Positions 14,801-24,100 of a stretch of DNA of 64,000 nt are shown here, piece after piece. The first letter of the stretch is position 1. Each line of letters begins with the position of its first letter. The position numbers and the translations under genes are program-made. This DNA comes from Tubiluchus corallicola (Eukaryota > Animalia > Priapulida): assembly GCA_030141605.1 (NCBI GenBank), contig JAQGDQ010000236.1:248001-312000 (forward strand). The letters are read 5' to 3'. The notes under the pieces were generated by a model. That model had not been told where the DNA came from. It was given only the letters and a program-made list of their open reading frames with translations, and did no database searches.

Positions 14801-17800
14801 ATTTGTGAAATAATATTGTTTGTCTGTCTTGTCGAAACAGATAATTTAACCGCATTTCTGTACTTTCTTCACTGTATAACTTTTACTACCTCTCCAAGAA
14901 GCCTTTCTTATAATAAAAAGACTTTGAAGTTCACACCTGAAAGAAACACCCGTTAAATTTTGCTGATAACAAGTTACTGGCACAGTTTTATGCAGTTAAG
15001 TTGTAGCAGATTTAGCTTTCTTTTTGTTAATCTTACTTATCGTGCACGAGGCGCCATCTGTGACGGAAATGTAAAGCTTTTGGTTTTGGCCAGCTTTTCT
15101 GTTTGTTACCTGCTAGTCTCCTGTCTGTGATTACACACCTGTGCTCCGAACAGTCAGGTTAATCCACTTTATGGGAGGTGTTGGACATTTATGTTATATT
15201 GGACATACTGATTATGTTAATAAAGCATTCTGTGGTATTAACCTCTGTTTACAGTTTTTTCTGTGACTACATAAGTAGTGAAACAAGATTCTGCCTGTGG
15301 CACAATGGAAAAAACAGCTAGGGTTTTGTTGTGTTCCAAAAATTATCGGTTAATATGCTGCAAGTTTTGCCATTGCCTATGGCTGATCTTGAAAATAAGT
15401 GGGCAAAAAAATACTACCCACTCTAAAAAATATTACAATGACATTTTCCAAGTTCTCCTAAGACAAACAGTATCATATAAAAACAAAAGTAGCTCATTCT
15501 TAGAGTACCACAGGGCCTCAATTGGACAAAAATTAAAAAAATCCCAGAAAAAATGATTACTTGCCATTATTTAACAGTGGGTGCCAAAGTGGAGTATCGT
15601 CATTAAAACCGTGAAATGCAGATTGTTCAAACTAATCAATATTTAGCCAATTACACTAAATAATCAATATTTAGCCAATTACACTAGATAATCAATGTAA
15701 TCAATATTTCAAAATTTCGGATACAGTTGGACATTTAGTAGGTGAAATACAGTCTAGCCTCGTTATCTCGCCCCTCGTTATGCCGCCAAACTCGTCTCTC
15801 GCCATAGAAAGTACAAGGACGGATTTCTTGCTTTGATATTTACCTCGTTAAGTCGCCACCCTCGCTTCTCGCCCTCGCCACGTCATGCTAGGATGAGTGC
15901 TTATGTAAACTATATTCGTTATGTCGCCAAACAGACAAACTCAGAGGTGAATAGATCAATACATATACCGCGTGTCGATCAATATAACAGCGGTATGTAG
16001 ACAATGCTGCTGTACTCGATAGACAGACATAATTAATCTAGTGTCTCACCAGGATTACATTAGGAGTGCTGTGGTTGGTTGTGTTGACTGCTTGCGTGTA
16101 TCATCAATGAAACAGTCGTCTCTTCTGAATTATTTCAGTCGTCAGTAACTCATTTGTGAACATTTCTAAATCTTTTGCTAAGTTTATTGCATTTAAGTGT
16201 ATACTCGAAAAAGGTTTTTTAAATAAAAAAGTAACATTCTAAGATTATTTTTATGACATTTTTTCATTTCTGATTTAATGCTGATTGGTATCATAATGCG
16301 AAATATATTTTATATATGTTAATCAACTATTATGTATATACATATAGACTAACTTCGTTATATTCCCGTTATCTCGCCATACTCGCCTCTCGCCAAAAAT
16401 TTGCCCTAGACGGACAGTGGCGAGATAGCGAGACTAGACTGTAGATGCTTTCTAGTAGCTAGAAACTATACACTTAATTTACATTCTCAGTTTTAATGCA
16501 ATTAGAAAATTTTGTCTTAAATACTGATAGCAGAAATGACAATGAATGATTTTTTTCTGTTGGAAGTAAATCTCACCACGTATTGGCTTTATCATGGTAT
16601 CAAGTGGTTTAGCATCACCAGCAGACTGCACTGTTCTTATAGGCTCTTCTATATTAACTACATCATCACCCAACACATCGTCCTCTGTTGACAAATTCAT
16701 AAGCAGAGATGGTTTTGACTTCTTGTACTTACTGTTCAACAACGGGATCCATTTCGCAAGCTATAAAGGACAAATACAATTACATGAAAAAAAAACCAGT
16801 TCAATTGTACAACACAATTGCATATAATTATCATTTCAATCAGAAGTAAAGGTATATACTTTTTTCAAACACAGAAAACAGTATTAAGCTGAATGTTCAC
16901 ATAACAAGGCTTCAACTGAAATAACTACACAAAAATTTTGCAGACTGTTTGAGAGCACCTAGAGTGCCACTGACACATTTGTTACTAAAATTGGCTTTAC
17001 TCCATCAACTACTAACAAAAATGATGAGCAAAATTTCCAATGACTTTTTCCAGGCAACTAACATTTTAGTTGTGCCATGCACGTATCACGCACAATCAAA
17101 CATGAATGATTTTTATATTCTAAACTAACATTCTAATAATACAAAAAGGTTTTTAAAAGTGATTCATATTTTCCAAGACTTTTATTGAAGAGAAAATGCT
17201 GGAATATTGAAAGTTAGTACTAGTAATGTCACAATGCTATAAAAGCTCCCAAATTACAACAAAATTGTTCCAAATGCTTTGAGTTCACTTGCAAAGACCT
17301 GCCAATTCACAAAGCACCAGTTAGAGTTGGCAAATACTACCGTAGATGATTTCAACATGCTTGAGTTGGGATTCCTTTCTACAAGAAATTTCATTAAAAG
17401 AGTTGCCTGCAAGGGCTTGTCTGCAAGCAACCAGATCTGAATTCTTCAAGATCAATGTAGCAACATTTTGCTTAACAGTTAACATTATTACAATGGACAG
17501 TATATTTGTCAAGATCAACGTAGAAAACATTTTGCTTAACAGTTAACATTATTACAATAGACAGCATATTTGTCAAGATCAACATAGCAACATTTTGCTT
17601 AACAGTTAACATTATTACAATAGACAGCATATTTGTCAAGATCAACATAGCAACATTTTGCTTAACAGTTATCATTATTACAATGGACAGCATATTCTTC
17701 AAGATCAACATAGCAACATTTTGCTTAACAGTTAACATTATTACAATGGTACAACTTGACTCGCAGCAAAAAGAAGAGCTATATGGCTCTATAAAATAGA

Positions 17801-19188
17801 CATGCAGGAGTGTAAATAAACTATTTATTGCATAAATAGTTGGTTTTGATATGTGGGTACCAACCAAATTTAAGGAAAGCCAAGTCAAGTTGATCATCAA
17901 TAATTAATAGCTGCTTCTAGACAGGTGGTGCAGCCAATAAGCTGAACACTCTCTCTGTACAGTTTCATCTACCTGACTGTCCAGGAGTATTTACCTTGTT
18001 GCGGGAATGATTTACCTCTGTCAGTGTCGAACGATTATTCTTGACAATGAGATTAGTCCCTGTTCCACCACAGCCGCAATGCTGATGACACCTTGCAGAT
18101 TGCTGAATTGCATAAAACAAATATAAACCTTCGAAATTCTCAACTTAACAATACTCTTCATGTTCCGCCGCCTGCTTAAATAGTTAAACCTACAATAATA
18201 TGAGCATCTAGTTCAAACCTGTGTCTTAGACTGAGCCGTACGTATGTCTAACACGCTGTATCCCAGCAGTTCTCTGGTACGTGACTGTTTCTCTACGGCA
18301 TAACACTGAAAACGGATAGGTGTTCGGTGCAATTTATGACGGTGCAAATCTTTTCTGCTCAGCTGCCACGCCAGTTCGCTGTCCAGTGATGGATTCTCTG
18401 AATGTGGCACAGGATCCGTTGACAATCTTTCTCCGTCAAATCTGGCCTCGCAGATAAGTTCATAACGCGGACGATTCGGAAACTCACGACCTATTAAAAA
18501 TAGTAAAAGAACGTGACTTATCGGTTTACTTTACCTTTATAAAGCTGTAAAAGCGCAAGCCTTTTTCGGACGGCATGCTAGGTGATGCACAATACAATAA
18601 TTAATGGACAAAAAAACACTTCATATTTCAGTTTAAAAAATTATCTTGAAATTATGTATCAAATACATGCTGTTTTATTGTACCCACCTAGTGTTAACAG
18701 TAACGCTTTATAAAATGTGCAAACTCATGCAATGACCGTTTAGTGCAGCCATTTTAATGGTAAGTTGTTTGAAGCAAGTTTAGATAATATTGTCTAAAGT
18801 TTGAAAAACAATTAGAGCATCTGTAGCACACTCAAGATTGTAAAGGACCCCATGGCCGTACTGTCCCTCGCTTTATTATGCTTAGTCCTTGTATGTTTTA
18901 CAATTATTGTATTGTATGCGAGATAAACTATCCATATTTATTTATCCATATCATTATCAATATATATTTCGTTGTTTCCACGATGTCCACTCTAACAGGT
19001 TAGATGGGCACAAATGAATGTCAGCGTGCGAGACACAAGTAACGTAATCAACTTTAATGCTTATAAACCATTTCTAACTATTATTATTTTGGCTAAATTT
19101 AGTATGATCATGATTAACGAAAAGCATAACAAATTTCAAAACCTCTGAATATTTGCAGCACTAAGAGCACTTGATTTGTTCTCCCCAT
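1128..19188 (-). CDS. CEP120: Centrosomal protein CEP120 (three C2 domains; 3' part continues beyond the left edge)
   Basis: 14 phase-consistent GT-AG exons: 19143-19188, 18219-18490, 16577-16760, 14067-14224, 12634-12828, 11565-11684, 10198-10296, 9546-9662, 8267-8387, 7156-7336, 5869-6018, 4941-5055, 2619-2686, 1128-1215. Peptides [89 protein letters not shown] and [17 protein letters not shown] resemble CEP120 C2A, C2B and C2C. Linker exons (9546-9662, 8267-8387) are less certain. Confidence 0.92.
1595..2217. mobile_element. Kolobok-like non-autonomous DNA transposon, copy A
   Basis: TTAA on both flanks, AG...CT termini, short imperfect TIRs (AGCACAAGAAAA / AGGACTAAAAA). Homologous copies at 7368-8037 and 38029-38890. 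Confidence 0.7.
3800..4522. mobile_element. pogo/Tigger-type MITE (second family)
   Basis: TIRs TGGTACGTCCTCGCTTAACGAC / reverse complement CAGTAAGTCCTCGCTTAACGAC, TA on both flanks, subterminal TTAACG repeats. Confidence 0.78.
7368..8037. mobile_element. Kolobok-like element, copy B (opposite orientation to A)
   Basis: Reverse complement of 1595-2217; ends TTCTTGTGCT|TTAA. Confidence 0.7.
8758..9230 (-). mobile_element. L2/CR1-like 3' end with a (TTGA)n tail (reads (TCAA)n on the plus strand at about 8758-8812)
   Basis: Minus strand: T-rich 3' UTR, then AATAAA, then about 13 TTGA repeats. Confidence 0.5.
10705..11027. mobile_element. Old hAT-like MITE
   Basis: Termini CAGGGCAGATTAT / ATGATCTGGCACTG, GGGCCCC-type subterminal motifs, degenerate 8-bp flanks TTCATGAC/CTCATGGA. 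Confidence 0.45.
11928..12078. repeat. Local tandem duplication, period 76 bp, two copies
   Basis: AAGCTAATATTAAATTACATACATTTGGTATCATTATAG at 11936 and 12012. Confidence 0.9.
12152..12538. mobile_element. MITE with AATAAGCCTTTTCA TIRs (possibly ISL2EU/Harbinger-related), copy 1
   Basis: 19-bp TIR AATAAGCCTTTTCA(C/T)AGTT. Inverted homologous copy at 60082-60463. Confidence 0.7.
12918..13625. mobile_element. PIF/Harbinger-like MITE hosting SINE3 copy 1
   Basis: About 33-bp imperfect TIRs, CAGTGCATTCAGACTAAAGAGTTTTCTCT versus the reverse complement of AGAGAAAATCTCTAGTCTGAACACACTG. Flanks TTA/CTA resemble a TWA TSD. Confidence 0.6.
13052..13555 (+). mobile_element. 5S rRNA-derived SINE (SINE3), copy 1, with RTE-type body and tail
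   Basis: Near-full-length 5S head at about 13055-13174 (boxes A and C intact, no oligo-T terminator) runs into a GC-rich body and a 3' stem-loop TGTCT-TCCG-AGACA...GGATGCCAAC. TSD ATCGAGAAAA at 13042-13051 and 13556-13565. Second copy at 28725. Confidence 0.88.
14479..14741 (-). mobile_element. Short non-autonomous Helitron-like element
   Basis: On the minus strand: A|TC start with a subterminal palindrome; perfect 7-bp-stem hairpin (CGCAAAA-TC-TTTTGCG, 14492-14507) 13 nt before a GTAG|T end; inserted between A and T with no TSD. Confidence 0.6.
15002..15271 (+). mobile_element. Solo LTR (270 bp)
   Basis: TGTAG...CTACA termini, exact 5-bp TSD TAAGT (14997-15001 and 15272-15276), AATAAA at about 15219. 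Confidence 0.8.
15750..16441 (+). mobile_element. pogo/Tigger-type (Tc1/mariner superfamily) MITE, copy 1
   Basis: 23-bp TIR CAGTCTAGCCTCGTTATCTCGCC, TA TSD on both sides, subterminal TCTCGCC repeats. Retains a PIP-box-like coding tip (KQSSLLNYF). Confidence 0.85.
17441..17749. repeat. 63-bp minisatellite, about 5 copies
   Basis: Repeated TCAAGATCAACATAGCAACATTTTGCTTAACAGTTAACATTATTACAAT unit in CEP120 intron 2. Confidence 0.92.
18690..18832. mobile_element. Fragment of the same Kolobok-like family
   Basis: ATGACCGTTTAGTGCAGCCATTT...AAGTTTAGATAA...AAGTTTGAAAA matches 1720-1815. Confidence 0.55.
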
Positions 19189-19710
19189 TAGTAATTAAGC
19201 AGCATGTACTGCATTATTAAAACACAAAGTACTGGAATTAGTGAAACTAGTGCTATAAAAATTGAGCTTATTTAACAGCTTTAAAAAATTGCCAAAAAGT
19301 GCGACTCGTGCTTCGTGCTGCCACCTCCTGGTAAAAAATGTTTACAAAACTTTAAAAAATAAAAAATCGGACCAGTATCTTGCAGTGAAACAATACTAGT
19401 TAATTTCCTAAGCTTTCGCTTCTTGTTGGTAGCATTGTATGCACCGTGTTATGTTTTTTGTTTGTTTGTCAATAACTTTATTTTTAACCTTAAACCAAAA
19501 GTGACATCTCCTCCAGCTTCGCCACCTAGTGTGATTTCCGCTAAATCAAGCGAAAATGTATGGTGGAAGAAAGAGGATGTTACTTTGAACATCATAACTA
19601 CTATATCTAGTTTTTAATAAAAATGCGATTAGTAGTGTTTATTACAAACTTGTCTTGCCAAATATTATCAAAACGAAATAGTTACCTAGCGCGGGAATGG
19701 TATTTTAGGT
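19189..19710. promoter_or_regulatory. Putative bidirectional promoter and 5' UTR region between CEP120 and CK1 gamma
   Basis: The CEP120 ATG is at 19188 (minus). A plus-strand AG|GTAAG donor near 19709 suggests a non-coding first exon of CK1 gamma. The region is locally richer in CpG and has no obvious TE. Confidence 0.45.
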
Positions 19711-21177
19711 AAGATCGTTATGACTCGGTTCAAGCCGCGCAGTTCTATCGTCTAAAGATCTAGGTAGGTCTACACAAGATTACGTTTTTACTACAAACGA
19801 TTATAATATTCGTATATTGAAATAAAACATTGAAAACAACGTAACTGTTCAGGCACTACCTTACTGCCGACCTGATATCCGTACTGTTTGGTATCCAACT
19901 ATACTGAATTGTAAATAGTCCTAGTACTAGTAGTAGTATTACGTAAATGACTAAATAAAGCAGCTGCCTTCAGAATCTACTGAATGTGGATATTAATAAG
20001 GTTCTTCTTCCTTGATAAAATAATTTACTATTTACAAATTAAACTCTAGACTATAGGATCGTAATGTAAGTTTTTGTAACTCGCAAGCTACACTTTGCTT
20101 TTCTTATCGTTTAAAACTTGCAGTATTTTTGTGTTTCACTGCCAAAGTTATTATCTCCACTGTGCTAAGTATCTGCCATTCGAATCCATTCAATGTGCAT
20201 ATTAATTACTTTAATTTTTTAAACTCTGCTCTGCATTCTTATTTTACTGTCTCTGCCTGATTTATTAATGAGCTCATTATGTCCTAAACTACTCCGGATA
20301 CTATGTTAAATTCTTTGTTCTGCCCTTAAATTTGGCTTTTTCCACCCAATGCAAATGATTATTGGGCTTATCACTAAAGTGCTCCACCTACTGGTTTTTA
20401 TTAGGTAAAATTTAGATAATCTTAATACCACAATTGTATTCCGGTACTTGAGTACTTTTTGTAAAGAAATAATGTGAATGATGCAAATTCAGATAAATGT
20501 TTTTGTGCAGGCAATGTCTTTAAATTTTACATAGTTATTCTGTCATGAAACAGCATTTAAACAAGTTACTGCATGCCTATAAGCAATAAGAAAAAATTTG
20601 CAATATTTGTCTTGTGTTAGTATTTTTTGATATAAATTTACTGAGAACACACTTCAAATGCTGCTGACAAAATGATCTGTATATTTTTGGAAAATTTCCT
20701 GACTGTGTGTAGTCCCGGGCTCTGCCTAAAAGCATTGATAGGAAGCATTTATTCGATAGCATATTTAACAATTCCTTAAAAACATCAAAGGTAACAATCA
20801 ACCAACTGCTCTTACTATAATGGCAGAAAATATATGTATAATGTACAGTAGCCTAGTTTGTTAAAGAAAGAAGGATAAAACGTTTATGTAAAAATCACTA
20901 ATGTATTTTATCGACTTCTAAAATGTCATTTAAATCTTTGACTTTTCTCTATCATAATTGACAGTGTGTCAGAATATAGAATTTTTTTTGCTTTTCTGAA
21001 ACATTCAAATGTAGTTTATTTTTATAGTTTATTGCAGGCCTAGTGTAATACTGCATTTAAGTTGACATGATTCAGTGATTGTACACTTTACATAGTTATT
21101 GTAGTAATGCATTAATATGAAAGAATGTGCAGTGTGTAAATTTAGGGTTAAATCAGATGCTATGAATTTCAGCGGAA

Positions 21178-24100
21178 ATGCCTGTGGCTAAAGGAGACGA
21201 CAAGAAAAATGAAACGACTGCCGATGCAACAAAGAAAGCCGCCGCTGCCAAGGGTCCGCATCGCAATTCTCATGGTACCAGGACATCTACTGCCTCCACT
21301 ACTTCATCCGGTGTGCTTATGGTGGGGCCAAACTTTAGAGTTGGAAAGAAAATTGGCTCCGGGAACTTTGGAGAACTTCGATTAGGTAAAGTACATAAAG
21401 CAATTGGGTTCTCTGAGCATAACAAATGGCTTAACGAAACTGCTCCATATCAGGCCAATTAGCTTCTTTGATTAGATTTACTTTTCCAGATTTGCTTTTC
21501 GAAATGTGTGGCATTTATTTACTTTCATTATTTTATATTTTAAATTGTCTTCAATTTGAAATCTAATGTACTGCAGATTAAAATTAATACATTAATGTAC
21601 TATCACATCAAAATTTACTTTAGTTGAAAAATACAAATTGTTACCTAGTGTTGATACATTTTCAATGTTTAATCACTACATCAATTTGCATCATTTTTGT
21701 ATTTTTAAGGTAGGTTAGAATTATGGATTTTTGAGTTTTTCTTGTTAAAGTTAAGAATTATACTATTTATTTGTATAAAATTTAATTTGCTGGCCTATAC
21801 TATGCATAACACTTGTATAAGACACGTAGTTTTTTTCTTAATGCAATTTGTCAATTCCAAATCACTGTCTCTGTCTTGTCTAAAAGTCTATACTTAAACT
21901 ACCAAAAGTTTAACTAGTACTTAAATTCAACAATTATTTAATTCTTATTCCCATGTGTTACAGTGACTTGTTTGGCTGTAAAAATTGAGTTTGTGTGATA
22001 ATGCACAGAGCCAGTAGCCATACTCCGCACATTTTATAGACTGGACTTTCACCATTATCTCTTCCATTCATTCACTCTATGCTCCATGATTTCACTCTCA
22101 CATGCTGCCGCAAATTTTGTAAGCTGTTGCTGGATTGATTAGCCAACGTATTCACCACTGATTGTAAACTTCATCCTCTAATTGTCCACATGCTTTTCTC
22201 GGCTTCAGTGTGCTCCTAATAGCTGAGTTTGCTCGTGCGGCAATTGATTACTTTTAGCCTAATTATCTGCTGTTAGTTTCTGCTTGATTAGTTTGCGTGT
22301 TTACGTATCGTTGACAACACTCGAGGATGCCCAGATAAATGAGTGAAATAAACTTATTACAAAGAAATTATTTCTTGATTCGAAGTGTTATAGTTTTCAC
22401 TACAAGGTATTCTTGAATGACAGAGGACCTAGTTTTAATATTTTGACATCTGGTCTTGAACTTTAAACTGCCCCACCACGGTTTCTGTGTGATTGACTGG
22501 AATTTTCTCCTGTTATAAACCCAAATTCTCAATTCCAGTTGTGCCTCTTGCAGTTTTGCACTGACTGACTAATTGACGTGCATTAAATAGTAAGAAAAGG
22601 CTTTAAGTCTAAACAAAATTTAGAGACAACATGGAATCCAAGTAACTTTTTTGAAATTAGTGATTTATTGATTTTTAATGTGCTTGATACATGGCTGTTA
22701 CATGTCTTTTTCATATTACTCAGTGCTCATTTTAGAACTATACTTCTTTTTATTGTAGGGAAGAACCTGTATAATAATGAACACGTTGCCGTCAAGTTGG
22801 TAAGTCAGTCTGTCGTGATATGTTAATTGCGTTCTAATCTACTAATAAGATGCTATCCAAAATATTTCTGGCAGTAGCTGCAGTAATTTAAAATTTTACT
22901 TCAAAAGATGTTACAGAAGCAATCTACATGCATTTTGCAACCAAGAAACAGAAATTACATAAAAAAGTGTTATGCAAACATTATAAAATTATTCTTTGAG
23001 TTTCACTTGATTTTATCTCATAGGTTTTTTTTATTTTACTGGAATGTTTAAACCTGTCATTTTAGTTAGCTGCTGGTCGAAAACATTCATAATTTTTAAC
23101 CGTTTTTTCTGTTTTTTCTAGGAGCAGATGAAGTCACGTGCTCCTCAGCTTCATCTTGAATATAGATTTTACAAAATGCTTGGGCCTTATGGTAAGTCAT
23201 CACTTTTAGCTTTCACATGGCAGCACTGGTTAAGAAAGTGAATTGTAAATACCATCTCTAATGTTTTGAGATAAAAACTTTCATAACTGGTTTATACTGG
23301 ATATGTGGCTTAGTATGCATAACAGGTACTGGAAGTCTCTGAGTTTGAGCCCACTACTGTTTTGGTGGTAACAGGGTGAGGGAATGTGTGGGTGAGCACA
23401 ACGTGCACTCAGATACAGTTTTGAGAAGTGAGCAAATGGATGAGTGACCACTGGGAAAACTGCTTCTGCATGCTTTCTTGTGGCAAACTTCTTATGTCTA
23501 TTCTTCTTTCAGAAGATAGATGAACATTAATCAGAACATGTCTAGAGGTTATTTTTAGTAATTATGTTGCTCCTGTCATGCACAAGCATCAGCATTAACT
23601 AGGTCTTGCCATTGAAAGCTGATTCTCACATATAGTGTATGAAGAATATATGGAAATATTTAAAAAAACTATTGAAAACATACTTGGAATTTTTATTTGC
23701 TGCAAAAATAGGCTGTTAGCAAATGTCTCAAAGTTGTTCTGTATTCATTGTGTAACAGGGCAGCCTTCTTGCACTAAGTAGTCTAAGCCTTGTTGCACTA
23801 AGTAGTCTAAACCTTGTTGCACTAAGTAGTCTAAGCCTTGTTGCACTAAGTAGTCTAAGCCTTGTTGCACTAAGTAGTCTAAGCTTTGTTGCACTAAGTA
23901 GTTTAAGCCTTGTTGCACTAAGTAGTCTAAGCCTTGTTGCTCTAAGTAGTCTAAGCCTTGTTGCACTAAGTAGTCTAAACCTTGTTGCACTAAGTAGTCT
24001 AAGCCTTGTTGCACTAAGTAGTCTAAGCCTTGTTGCATTAAGTAGTCTAAGCCTTGTTGCACTAAGTAGTCTAAGCCTTGTTGCACTAAGTAGTCTAAGC

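Noticed and set aside
17472-17900. 142-aa ORF with 21-aa repeats
   Set aside because: Translation of the 63-bp minisatellite; the CEP120 exons on either side already join in frame without it.
22318-22352. Penelope-type hammerhead ribozyme remnant
   Set aside because: Only a loose resemblance (CTCGAGGATG...GTGAAA); the CUGANGA core and the stems are not intact.
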